In this document: piece by piece, positions 1-11,900 of the stretch
Position numbering within the stretch: the stretch's first letter is position 1
How the letters are laid out: every line of letters starts with the position of its first letter
Source of the DNA: Vitrella brassicaformis CCMP3155
Lineage: Eukaryota > Protista > Chromerida
Assembly: GCA_001179505.1 (NCBI GenBank)
Contig: CDMY01000356.1
Coordinates: 1-64,000, forward strand
DNA length: 64,000 nt
Reading direction: 5' to 3'
Notes under the pieces: generated by a model
What the model was told of the DNA's origin: nothing
What the model saw: only the letters and a program-made list of their open reading frames with translations
The model's database searches: none
Position numbers and translations under genes: made by a program

Positions 1-857
1 CGTCGATCTCCTGATTGTTGACGGCCCGCACCCCCGGCGCCTTGGGCAGCCTCGCCTGCCGCCCACAGGCCATCTTGCACACTGCGCGGCTGGTCCGCTG
101 CCTCGTGTCTGCGCCGTTCTTCGGTCTCACGTTGTTGCCGCTCCTCGGTCTCATGCTGTCGCTGCGCCTCAGTCTCACGTTGTCGCCGCGCCTCGGCCTC
201 ACGTCGTCGTTGCTCCGCGGTCTCACGCTCTCGCCGCGCCTCCTCGCCGCAACGCCCATGACAAAAATCACCGCAGCTCAGGCAAGGGCCGTCCCCTCTC
301 GCCCGCCCAGATCGACGTCGACGGGTACCACATCGGCCGTGGCAGAACTGCCCGCAACTGCCACACCGCCCGGCCACCACATTTCGCGCAGACCGCCGCA
401 GCGAGCGGTCGCGGCACCTCCTAGTGCCCGTACGGCTCGGTTCGTCGAGTCCGTTAGAGCCATCCACATTACCTCCACCCACACGCGTGTCCTCCTCTTC
501 GCCCATGGCGGCCCTCGTGCCGCCCGCGGTGGCCGCGGGGGCGGCCGAGCCGCTCGGCGTGTCGTTCCATGCATCAAGGATATCCCTGGCGTCGTGGAGG
601 CCCTGGGGAGGGGCCGTGTTTGACGGGTCGAAGCCCTCCCGGGAAGTCATGTCGGCCAGGACCTCGAGCCGGCCTGGTGGGGCTCCCTCAGCAGCAATGA
701 GCTCATCCAGAGACGGTTGAGGGCGAGCCGGGGGGGCAACGCGTGGCGGCCTGGAGTTGGAGGGTTTCGCGCCAGGGTGCAGGGTTTTGTGAAACCTGGC
801 CGGCCACAGTCCCAGATGGCGTTTAGCACCTGAGCAGCTGTCGTCAGCAGATACCAT
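1..857 (-). CDS. Edge-truncated intronless ORF with two CxSCG[QD]FCHGRCG motifs followed by an E/R/Q-rich coiled-coil repeat; unknown function
   Basis: Manual translation is open from the first ATG at 857 (after in-frame TAG stops near 915-920) to position 1: ...RCGSCGQFCHGRCGTRRRRSGRARGDGPCLSCGDFCHGRCGEEARRERETAEQRRREAEARRQRETEAQRQHETEERQQRETEERRRHE... It is missing from the supplied track because it has no stop inside the window. The true start could instead be Met 651 or Met 506. Confidence 0.65.
   Translation of the reverse strand, partial: MVSADDSCSGAKRHLGLWPARFHKTLHPGAKPSNSRPPRVAPPARPQPSLDELIAAEGAPPGRLEVLADMTSREGFDPSNTAPPQGLHDARDILDAWNDTPSGSAAPAATAGGTRAAMGEEEDTRVGGGNVDGSNGLDEPSRTGTRRCRDRSLRRSARNVVAGRCGSCGQFCHGRCGTRRRRSGRARGDGPCLSCGDFCHGRCGEEARRERETAEQRRREAEARRQRETEAQRQHETEERQQRETEERRRHEAADQPRSVQDGLWAAGEAAQGAGGAGRQQSGDR
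95..245 (-). repeat. Degenerate ~21-bp coding tandem repeat (RQRETE[AE]-like units)
   Basis: Recurrent gtctcacg / cgtgagacc units encode the charged coiled coil of the left-edge ORF. Confidence 0.7.
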
Positions 858-873
858 CGCGTCGGTTTCACAA

Positions 874-3259
874 ATGGTGGTCCTTCTCGACCTTCGCGGC
901 CTTCGGCAGACAGTCTACTATCAAATCGAGAGCATGGAAATTGGCATGGAAGCTGCTCTCTTCGGAATCTGCATCTACAGCGTTGTGTGGGCAGGCATCG
1001 CGACTTTCTTTGACATCCCCTTCCTTCCCACGTGGCTCAAATGGACGCTGGCTACTCCCGGCATCCTCTCTCTGCTGGTTTGCGGCGGTTCGGCGGTCGT
1101 TTCGGCGGTGTTGGATTCGGTGGCGACCGTCAGGTGGGTGGGCGAGCTGGAGGATGAGTTTTACGTGAGGGGTGCCTACCTCGGGCCAGTCCTTCGCGCC
1201 TACGTCATCCTCTTCGTCGCGGTTCCAGGCGGCATTGGTGCAATGGTCTACTATGGGCTGCAATGGTGCTCAGAATCCCATGAGTGCATCTCCACCGCCG
1301 CGGCTATTGTGAAGGGCCTTCTAGCTCTGGGCGTGGTTGTCTTCGTGGTCGTTGCTGAGGTGCGTGGGTATCTGTCTACCATAGCCTGGGACCTCCTATG
1401 CGGCCTGCGCGGCCTCCTCGACACAGTCTGTTCAGCCGCCAAAGGGGTGTTTTCTGCGACGAGCCAGCTGGCAGTATGGCTGATGGGTCCTTTCCTGGAC
1501 TCTATGGCGACGAGGCGGGCAGCGCAACGGGCAGCTGAGCTGGCAGCGGAGGAGCGAGCAGCGGAGCGGGCAGCAGAGCTAATACGGCAGGAAGAGGCGT
1601 GCAAGAGGCCTAGGGGCAAGCCCAAACAGCAGCCGAAGACTCCCTCGATCGACACCGCAGCGACGGGTGATGACGGAGGGTCAGAGGTGGCCGCAGACGA
1701 GGGTGATGATAGTGACGAGATGCTCCTCAACTCAGCATTCGCCAGTCAGTGTGTCGGTCGGAAGGAGGGCAAGGCTGCAAAGGCCAAGAAGGACAGGCGG
1801 CCGGACGTCCCGAGACCTGCAACTTCGTTCCGGCCGTCGTGTAGTCTGCAAGCTCGGAGCCAGCCTACGAGGCCTCCCCGTGCGTCAAAGGTGGAGGTAG
1901 TCCCAGCAAGCGGCCCAGCCAACAACCACCGCGCCACACCCAGTCGTCGTCCATCTCACACAGAGCCTGAATCAGCGCGCCCTGCTTTATCCAGCCGTCT
2001 GGCACATTCGGCGGTTGAGTCGGTGCCACACGTAGCCGGCCAACAAGCAAACCTGGGCAGCCCTCCGCCCCTGCCCCCTCGCCCAGCCTACCCTCCCCCT
2101 CCCCCCACCGCAGCCACTCAACCAAAACCACCTGCTGCATCGGCATCCCCGTGTAGATCAGCGGCCACTCAGCCGGCGCGTCAGCCCGGGTCGGGCAGCG
2201 TGCCGCAAGGTCGTGTGAGGAGCGGCCCACCGCCCCTTGTCGAGCCTGTCGGCGTGCCCAGGTGAGAGAGTGCTGCTGATGGTTGAGTTGGGTGGGTGCT
2301 TGACATTTGTGTGCCCGTGTGTGTTGGTTCTTTGCAGGACTGTGGGCGGCCGGTCGGTTGAGGACAGGGCGTCTGGCAGCCAGGGTGGCTCACCTACTAC
2401 TGCGTCTGTCGGGAGTCTATCACAGCATAGCAACGATGGGTAAGAAAATGGAACGGCGCGCCTCTGGTTGTGTCAGTCAGTCTCATCTCTCTCTTCTGTG
2501 TGTGTCGTGTGTCAGCGGGGGTGGTGTCAACAGTGAACGACTAGTGCCGCAGGTGCTCCATCGGCTGCCGTGTCGTCGTCAGGAAGGTACACTCACCGAC
2601 AACACGCAAATGGACACACAAGCGATCGCCGGGTCAAAGACGCACTCTCTCTGTATGTGTCCACCTCACATCAGTGGTCCTTCTGAGGCCGCTTCTGGTG
2701 GCGAGGTGGAGCAAATGCGACGGGAGCTCGAGCAAGTCAAGCGGACGTACGGACAACACAGAACAGACCGTCTTTGCCCACTGAAGTGGCGCTCATCGTT
2801 TGGCGTGTGTTCTGCGTGTGTGTTGTCTCTTCAGTATAGCCATGATGTCCCAACAGCCCTCCTCATCTGTCGCTGCCACCACGGGCACGTGTCTGGGCTG
2901 CTATGGCGAGCACGGACAAGACACGATGATCAAGTTGATGCCCTGCAAGCACATCCCCTACTGTGTGCGGTGCTTCGGCGACTTCAAGAAGACCCACGAG
3001 AAGAATGTGGCGAAGGTCCAGGCAGAGAACGGCAAGATGGAGGCAGGGGAGCCGCTCAAGGACCTGCCGGTGTTTGCCTGCCCTTGCTGCCGCAAGTGAG
3101 TGACTGAGGGAGGGACAGAACAAGACGGACACAAACTGATAGATATCGATGCTTGACGGTACGCATCTTTCTTGTGTGTGTGCACTGCACAGGCCGATAG
3201 AGTTCGCTGGGAGCCGGGAGGAAGTGCGCAAGTGGGTGGAGGACGACTACATGACATGA
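874..3259 (+). CDS. Multi-TM membrane protein with low-complexity linker and C-terminal C3HC4 RING finger (putative E3 ligase)
   Basis: Exon 1 (874-2261) has several hydrophobic helices. Phase-consistent GT-AG exons near 2338-2439, 2675-2747, 2835-3096 and 3193-3259 give CLGC...CKHIPYCVRC...CPCCRKPIEFAGSREEVRKWVEDDYMT*. Confidence 0.75.
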
Positions 3260-4739
3260 TTTAGGCAGGCACTTCGAAGCGCGACCAGCTCGCAACACTG
3301 AGGTCACTTACTTAGACAGATACGAACGAGTGTAGTTAGTGTGCTGAGTAGTGAGTAGTGAGTGTGAAAGAAAGGAGTCGGTCAGGTGAGTGAGTGTGTG
3401 GCCAGCAGACAGGCGCACAGGCACACCATACATACTGATGCCTGCCTGCCTGGTTTTTCCCATAGATATGCATTCCATTCCATTCCTTGGTGTACGTGGG
3501 TGTTTGGTTTTGTAAGTGCACCTTTCTGTTTCTTTGGGACTGACTGACTGACTGGTGTGCCATGAGACAGATAGACAGACAGACCCACGATGGACGGATG
3601 GATGACTCAGAATGTGATTGTTCCGTCAATGGCGATCGGGGGTTTGTTTAATGGTGTTTGTGTGGCAGGCAGGGATTGCAATTGTTTTGGTCTGAATTGC
3701 TTTCCGTTGACGAATGAGTGGTGTGCCTGCCTACCTGCTTCTTGCCTCTATGTGTGGATAGCTATATATGTGGGTGTGCGTGGTGTCTCCTTCCTTTGTC
3801 GGTCGCTGTGGGGGGTATATGGCTCGACAGAGGAGGAGATGAATGGAATGGATGACTCAGTCAGGGCTGACAGACAGACAGCATAGCGAGAGGGAACACT
3901 GACATTACATTGCACCTGACTGACCTGTATATATCTATTTATACGAACGCCACGCGCCCAATTGAATCTGTCCATCTGCCCTGCCAGTCCTGGCTTCGCA
4001 TACCACACCCGCACACTCACACACACAAATGCACCCACCGTATGTCTGTCTGTGTGCATGGTGTCCGGAGCATCGATCGCATCCATCGTCTGGCGGTCTG
4101 TGTCTTCACCACTGTTTTCGTCTCCCCCTCTCGCGACTGGGAAAAAAAGTGTAATGACAACGGTCACCAGTCACAGCAGGTTGCATTGTAAAAAGTGGCT
4201 GTCGCCATGGCCGTAAGTAGGCATGCTGGCAGGCTGTTGCCGTCCGATACACCCACACGGAGCGGCAAGTAAGTGGCCCTTGTACAAAAACCGCGAAAGG
4301 CGGAAAAACCGCACACACGACTAGAGCTTGTGTTTCTCCCACTCTGCCCACCACCACAAAAACAAGGGTGCCTCTCTGCCCGTCTGACAAACGACGCACA
4401 ACAGACAGACAGACAGACAGACAGGCTAAGACGCATCGACGGGACAGCACAGACAGACAGGCAGACTTCACTACAGACAGACAAACAAACAAGAATGAAG
4501 GACGACCCAAGATGAGCGTTGGTTGGTGTGGATTTGTAATCCAGTTGACCTCACTAGAAACAAACACAGGCCGGGTGGGCGGGCGGGTCAGCACTGACCG
4601 CAGCCACACACCACAACCAAACCACGCACACAACACAGTGGACGGACGGACGGATGGACGGAGGAACATTGGGCAAAAAAGCCTCACACACACATACACC
4701 CTCGGTCGTTCATGCAGCCAATCGGTGTCCCTGACTAAG

Positions 4740-7700
4740 TCAGTGGCCGTTGGCCATCACGGGCTCTCCGATGGGCTCGTGTGAGGCGATAGGGAAGGAC
4801 GCGTTGGGCTTGTCGAACAGCGACAGGAAGTCCTTCAGCACACCGAAGTCGCCCTCCACAGCGAAGTTGCCTCCAGCCAACACCTCTTCTACCTTCTCGG
4901 GCTCCCCCTTGCTGCACACAACACAACACAACACAACACACAGCACTTGGGAGGTCGGACACACTCACACACATGCACACACACAGAGAGGTGTACCTCA
5001 TGAGCATTTGCTGGAAGGCCGCGCGTGTGGCTATAATCTCGATGGGCTCGTCGGTGTCAGTTCCGAGTGTGTGCCCCTCGTTGTGCGCCAGGATCCCGTT
5101 CCGCACCGCCGCGGTGTACTTGAGGGGCTGCGGGAAGTCGGTGAAGGTCCACTGGATCGTCAGCGACACGCCGAATGCGCGAGGGCCATTCAGCCAAATG
5201 CCGAGAAGGTCAAACACAGTGGGCACATCCATCTGCACACACCACACCCATGCATGAGGCCTGGGGTGTCTTTGTTTGTCTGTTTGATGCATTCAGGTGC
5301 GTAAGTTACTTATGTTACTTACAATGTCGAATTTGACGCCTGATGTGGTGGACAGGTCGCCGCCCTTCCGAGCGGCCTCCCCACGCAGCTCCTGAGCCGC
5401 GCACAGATAGGCATTCCGCCACCTGCATAGCATACACACACAGTTCACCAGCCAGAGCAACCACACCACACGGACAATAAATCCAAACACACACACGCCA
5501 GCCTGCCTCTGTGTGGTGTGATGCTCTCTGTCTGTCGTTGACTGACTGACGTACGTGGCATTCTCTGCCTGGTAGCCCAGCTGTGTGTACGCCTTGGCGG
5601 CCAGCTGGCGTGCTGCGGCATGGTGCGGCAATGCCCAGATGACATGATCCAGCACCTGCACCACCCAACGGTAGTTGCCCTGGTCGAAGTCCGCCTGCGC
5701 CTTGGCCATGACGGCCTCCACGCCGCCCATGTACTCCAGCATCTTGACGCCGCTCTCTCTGCAATGAATGGGACGCACGCAAACGAAGAGATGTGATGTC
5801 TTTCTTGTCGTGTGCAGGTCGATGGTGTGTGAGGTGTACCTACCGTGGCATGAGTGGGTCAAGGTGGCAAGGATTGGCGTCGTACCAACCGAGGTAGAAG
5901 GTGTAGATGCCGCGCACGTTGTGCTTGACGCTGCCATAGTAGCCCCTGCAGTACCACTCGCTTGACAGCGAAGGCGGCAACTCTATCAAATTGGCAATTT
6001 CGACCTAAATCAATCAGGCACAGAGGGAGGGGAGGCATCCTGCCTGCCTGGGTGCCTGCGTCCGTCCGAGTGTCTAAGTCGCCCACCGGTGTGTAGCCTT
6101 GGTTCATGAGCCTGAGCGTCTCGTCGTGCATGTACTTCAAGACGTCGGCCTGCTTGACCAAGCGTAGCAGTACTGGTGATGACGAGGTTGAGTGATTTGA
6201 GTGATTTGAGTGTGTGCCTTGATGCAGGTATCAATTCTCACCTGCTTGGTCAGATAGCCATGCACCTCAGCAGCACCGAACACAGGCGCGTTGTGCCCGC
6301 CACACAATGTCTCCATCTCTGGGAAGTGCTGCAGAGCCGCGCGAAGGCTCAGAGACCACTGCCGGGAGTTGCGCGTCATCGCACCGCTGAACACACACAC
6401 ACACACACACATAAGGATCTCCGCAGCCGCATCGACGTGCATCTATGCGTGTGTGTAGTCGGCTGCAAGATACATCACACACACACCGGATTGTGTAGAC
6501 ATTCTGCAGCGCGCAGTAGGCGTTGTCGGCCACGAAGAAGACCTTGTCCTCAGGCACGTACAGATGCATGTTGGCCGGGGCCTCGCCAGGCGCAATCTGG
6601 AACCACACCTCCAGCCCGTCGATGACGTGCTTCTCAACCCCCTTGATGATGATGGTCGGTGGAATCATCCGCACAGTGCCCGTCTCTGTGGTTTTGCCGA
6701 GGGCGCAGTCCACCATACCTGTGGGGTGGCCTCAGTGCATGCACATATTCATGAATCGGTATTCATGAATGAAGCAGCTAACTAACAGCACGGCATGTGA
6801 TATCGTCGGCCGTGTGACCATACCTGTGGATCCGTGGGGAAGTATGCTGCCGTACATGAACCTGCACACACACGGCATGGCATGGCCGCCGGTGGACTGA
6901 CTGGACACACAGGGTGGTAGGGTTCCTCCGTACCTACCGTGCTCGTCGGCTCATGGCGGGTCCTGCAAAGATGTTCTCACTCACGGCGTGCTCGACGAAC
7001 GTGTCGGGGGCATAGATGGGCAGCGACCGGCGCTCGGCCTCAGCCGCACTCACAACGCCCTCAGCACCTGCAGGCACACGACCAAGCACATTCATTCATT
7101 GCAGCGAGTATTCATTGCATCATCTGCCTGCCTATGTGCTGTGGTTGTGTATGTCACTCACCTCCGAAGTGGTCTGCGTGTGCGTGTGAATAGACCATGG
7201 CCACCACAGGTTTGTCACCCAGATGCTTCCGGACCAACTCCATGTTGTCAGCCGCCTTCTCTGCACTGATGTTGGGGTCGATGATCTGCACACAAGACAC
7301 GCCAGACAGAAAGCATGCAGCCAATCATCATACAGCTGCATGGCCGTGTGGGTGCGTCCCGCCGCTATGCGTCGTCCTCTCTCTCTCCCCCTCTCCCTCC
7401 CTCCCTCCCTCCCTGCTCATTGCATTGCCTCCCTCCCTCACCACATAGCCGGTGTTGGTGATGAGAATGGTCATGTTGCTGAGGGACTGCCCCCGCACCT
7501 GGTACACGTGCTCACTCACACGAAACAGCCCGCGCACGCTGTTCTTGCAGGCCTCACGCCACAAAGCTGCAAGCCAAGCCAAGCCATCCATTGCATACAT
7601 AAGACCACACACGTGTACGTGTAGACACCGACCGCATAGCGTCGCACTCGGACATGCTCACTCACATGGATTGACAGTGGGCGGCACGGCTCCGTCCTTC

Positions 7701-7906
7701 CACACTTGCTTGTCGAACTCTCGGCTCGTCCAGATCTCCCCCGCCCCGTCAGCAGTCCTCACCGTGCAGTCATCGTTCCGTGCCACAAAGCCCTTGTGCC
7801 CGCTCTCGAGATCAGAAGCATCGTGAAAGTTGAGGCCAGACGTGGTGTAGAACGCTGCGTTGGCCTCTTTCGTCGCGGCGGTGGCTGAGTCGACCACACT
7901 CATCAT
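4740..7906 (-). CDS. Alkyl/aryl sulfatase (SdsA1/BDS1/YjcS family; metallo-beta-lactamase fold, dimerisation domain and SCP2-like C-terminus), about a dozen introns
   Basis: Spliced peptides include SLWREACKNSVRGLFRV..YQVRG..LSNM, YSHAHADHFGG (HxHxDH), PGEAPANM, GYYGSVKHNVRGIYTFYLGWYDANP, GNYRWVVQVL, YTQLGYQAENATWRNAYL and LKDFLSLFDKPNASFPI. Confidence 0.92.
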
Positions 7907-8053
7907 CTTCAGAAGAAAGGACAGCTCAAGTGGGGCACTGCAGAAGTGAAAGATCTCTCGCTGAAGAATCACGTGGCTGCTGGAAGCAGTGCCAGGTGCC
8001 CTCTTAGGCTGCTCTTTCGTCCTTCTGTTGAGAAATTGAGGTGGCGAGCTTGG

Positions 8054-8064
8054 TTTGCGAGCTT
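8054..8064 (+). promoter_or_regulatory. Candidate promoter motif TTTGCGAGCTT (second GGCGAGCTT at 8043-8051) between sulfatase and MFS
   Basis: TGCGAGCT core recurs in several divergent spacers in this window. Confidence 0.5.
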
Positions 8065-8151
8065 AGATGCCGAAGAGAAGAGCGCCGAGCAGTGTTGGAG
8101 AGATTGAGAGAGATTGCGAAGAACAGGTTAAGCTTTGGCACAGTGGCGTAG

Positions 8152-11063
8152 ATGAGGCTCTTCTGGAGCACACTGCTGATCTCCATCTCCAACTTCAACT
8201 TCGGCTTCAACACGGGCGTCATAGCAGGTACCGGAAGAACGCAGGCGCGGGGTCCGTACGCAAACAACAGCTGATGCGGCACAGTGCACATTGTGTTTCC
8301 TTCAGGCGTGATCTTACTCATCACGGAGGACTTCCCCCAGCTGGCCTCGCCGCTATGGTCCGGCCTTTTCGCCGGCTCCATCCTGCTGGGCGGCATCACC
8401 GGCGCACTGGTGTCGTTCCCCGCCGCCGACCTGATGGGCCGCAGGAAGACGCTCCTGTACACCAACCTGTTCTATTTGGCTGGGCCGGTGCTGTGCAGCG
8501 TGACCCCGCCATGCCCGGCAGACGCTAGCACGGCGACATTTGTGGCCCTCCTCGGCATGCTGCTGGTGACGCGATACCTGACGGGCATCGGCGGTGAGCG
8601 AGGGAGGGATGGGTAGGTGTGATCATTCACGCGCGGCTGCCTGGCCTGTCGTCCGTTTGGTATAGTTGGAGTCACTTGTGCATTGGCGAATCTGTATGTG
8701 TCGGAGATCAGCCCTGCCAAGAAAAGAGGTCAGATGATATGCCCCGTATACATGGCTGGAACAACCAGACACGGACGCCATCAGGCGAATGAATCATCTT
8801 CTCTTGTCTGCTGCTGGGTCAGGTGCATTGGGTGGCATCGCTCCGCTGATGGGCACGTTGGGCATAGTCAGCTCCTACATCGCGTGTGCCCTGCTGCCGC
8901 TGACGGGCCTCAGCTGGCGATTTGTAGTCCTCGTACCGGTCCTCCCTGCACTGCTGCAGCTCTACTGCAAATCGTAAGCCACAGCTCGTAAGGGAACATA
9001 GGATGTGCATGTGTGTCGTGTCCATTTGTCCTCAGCTATCTGTGTGAGTCTCCCCGTTGGCTGCTGATGACCAACCAGCTGCCGCGAGCCATCCAGACGC
9101 TCACATGGCTGCTGGCAGAGGAGCCCTCCCTCTCCCCCTCCCCAGCCCCCCCTCGCCCGGCCCCGTCAGCCGCCCCGCCATCGGGCGCTGACCCCTTCCC
9201 GCACACCAAGCCGCCATACAGATACACGCAGGTCGGCTCACAGGACGACGCGAGCCCCGAGGAGGCAGGCAATGGCATAGGGATCTCGCCGCTCGTGGCC
9301 GTCGAGCTGAGGCGCATTCAGGAGGAGCTGCTGACGCTCAAGAGCCACGCATCCGACCTGAACATTGAGGAGGTTGGCACCGAGAGCGAGGAGCCGTCCC
9401 CCTCACCCAGACCGGCGGCTGCCTCTGACGCCACGTCGAGCACGGGGGCGGCATCCACAGCGGCCACAGCAGCCACAGCAGCGCACCAGCACCAGCAGCC
9501 GCACCAGCCGCCTCAGCGCGCCAAGCGGAAGACCTCTCCCACCCCCACCCCTTTGGGCCACGAGTCCCCCCACGCAGTAGCACTGAGTGGCGACGAGGGC
9601 CCCTCTGCTGGCGTGACGGCCGTGAGACTGCCACCATCAGACAACGGGGTGCTCAGCGGCAGTGACGACACGTCGCCAAGATATAGGGGGGAGCGAGCAT
9701 CTGCAGGCAGCACCAGGTGTTTCGGGCGGCGAGGTCAGAGGGGAGAGGCGGGTGGGAGCGGCGTCGGCGGCCGGGAGCGTGTGCCCAGCGGGCAGGTGGA
9801 GGAGAGGGTGCGGATGCGCGAGGTGTGGAGCGCCAAATATCGGAGGCCGCTCTTCGTGGCCATCGCACTCAACGCTCTGCAACAGGTGAGTGAAGTGAGT
9901 GGACATCCCTTTCATGTATGTACGTCGTCCTGTCATCTATCTGATATGTGTGTGGGCAGCTTTCCGGCATCAACGCGATAGTCTATTACGCCCCCGAGGT
10001 GTTCAACAGGGTGGGGTTCGACAAGACGACCAGCGTTCGAGTGACGGCCGTCGTGGCCTCCTTCCAGCTGGTGATGCTCTACCTGGTCGTCAAACTCATC
10101 GACAGAGTCGGCCGCAAACCCCTAGCATACCTAGGGCTCACAGGCATGTCAGTCAGCCTGCTCCTCATCGCACTCGCATTCGCCATCGAGCCACCCCTCA
10201 ACCCCCCGCACGGGCCGCACCCGCACCCACTCACCTCGGTCCACCTGCACACCAACATGACGGCCATCGTGCCGACTGAGAACGGCACTTTTTCGTCGGG
10301 GCTGAAAGGGCTGCCGCCACTGCGGGTCGGTGACCTTGAGATGCTGGCGGGGGTCGGCAATGGGACAGGGAAGGAGAGCGATGGTGATGGTCTTGGGTAT
10401 GAGGGAGGTCTGCTTGGGGCGGTGGGTGAGTTTGTGGGTGCGTCGGCTCTGGCGGTGGTGGGGGTGCTGTCGATGAAACTCTTCTTCTCGCTGTCACTGG
10501 GTGAGCGACAGGGTGGGGGGTGGGGGAAGGGTGGGTGAGGGGATGGCTGACATGTGAGCCTCCCTGTGTTGTGTGGTGTTGTGTCGGTATTGTATTGTGT
10601 TGTGTGCAGGTCCTTTGCCGTACATCATAACAACGGAGCTCTTTCCCAGCCGCGTGCGGGCAGCTGGAGGTGAGCAAGACAAGACCACACCGCATACCAT
10701 CTATCTTTGTGGCCTGCGTCTCTCTGCCCACTGGTTTTGTCTGTATGTATTTGTCTGCATGTAATGTGTGTGTTAGTGTCGTCGGCGTGGGTGTTCAACT
10801 GGCTGTTCAACTTCGTGGTGACGTTCGCCACCCCCAAGTGCCTGGAGGTGGTGCCCTCCCTCACCTTCGTCTCATTCGCCGTCTTCGCTCTCCTCTCACT
10901 GCCATTCATCATGCTATATCTGCCTGAGACAAAGGTAGGTCCGCACACACGTACACACACAGCTGTGGGGAGACAGACAGATTGGTTGGCCGTTTGTTCT
11001 CGCGCTGGCTGTGTGCAGGGCAAAACGTTAGAGGACCTCGGGAGAATGACGGCCAAGTCATGA
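8152..11063 (+). CDS. MFS sugar porter family transporter with a long low-complexity central loop
   Basis: MRLFWSTLLISISNFNFGFNTGVIAG; ADLMGRRKTL; LYVSEISPAKKRG; ESPRWLL; LQQLSGINAIVYYAPEVF; IDRVGRKPL; GPLPYIITTELFPSRVRA; LPETKGKTLEDL. Confidence 0.93.
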
Positions 11064-11414
11064 TGCATGGATGGATGGATGGATGGAATTGTGTGTGCCT
11101 GGACGGCGGTGTATGTGTGTGTGTGTGTGTGTGTGTGTCATGGTGTGTAGCATGTGTACAAAGAGAGCAATTCGGTGTGTCGGTGTCTGTCTGTCTCTGT
11201 GGTTGGGCCAGCCAGACATGATTGATGTATGTGTTGGATGCCTCCCTCTTTCGCGCGAGAGATGTAGAGTAAGGACATACATGTCTTTTGTGTGACTGGC
11301 TTGACTTGTGCTGTGCTGCCAGTGTGCTGCCAACGGATTGTTACACCAGCTACGACCACCTCACTCCCACCATACAGGCAGGTCTGCCCATTCCACATGC
11401 ATGCAGGTTCGTAT

Positions 11415-11451
11415 CTGTAAAGGATCGTTGAACCAGCCGCCCATCCACCCA
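11415..11451 (+). repeat. Dispersed 37-bp direct repeat, copy 1
   Basis: ctgtaaaggatcgttgaaccagccgcccatccaccca; differs at 3 positions from 13288-13324. Confidence 0.85.
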
Positions 11452-11600
11452 TCGCTCCTTTCACCATCCACACACACGTCCATGAATGGTGGATTCGATG
11501 CATCCTACCATCCGGTCAGCCGCGCAACTTATGGACAAGGCAGCCAGGCACCCATGCAGCGAACGAATCCATCTGTGTTGTGTTGTTGTGTATGTGTGAC

Positions 11601-11900
11601 NNNNNNNNNNNNNNNNNNNNNNNNNNNNNNNNNNNNNNNNNNNNNNNNNNNNNNNNNNNNNNNNNNNNNNNNNNNNNNNNNNNNNNNNNNNNNNNNNNNN
11701 NNNNNNNNNNNNNNNNNNNNNNNNNNNNNNNNNNNNNNNNNNNNNNNNNNNNNNNNNNNNNNNNNNNNNNNNNNNNNNNNNNNNNNNNNNNNNNNNNNNN
11801 NNNNNNNNNNNNNNNNNNNNNNNNNNNNNNNNNNNNNNNNNNNNNNNNNNNNNNNNNNNNNNNNNNNNNNNNNNNNNNNNNNNNNNNNNNNNNNNNNNNN
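11601..11900. other. Assembly gap (300 N)
   Basis: Run of N flanked by GT- and C/CT-repeats. Confidence 0.99.

Noticed and set aside
95-245. CRISPR-like or telomeric array
   Set aside because: The units are contiguous, degenerate and in frame with no unique spacers; this is a coding repeat.
15-623. Plus-strand 202-aa ORF (LSLRLSLTLSPRL...)
   Set aside because: It is the antisense shadow of the charged repeat. The synonymous-change pattern supports the minus-strand frame instead.
3300-4730. Numerous short ORFs (TDRQ, VCVC, MDGW peptides) here and in other intergenic or intronic regions
   Set aside because: These are translations of microsatellites with no consistent exon chain or domain motif.
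9100-9830. Possible foreign insertion in the sugar transporter
   Set aside because: It is an in-frame low-complexity expansion of the normal central cytoplasmic loop with no terminal repeats; similar expansions occur in many genes here.
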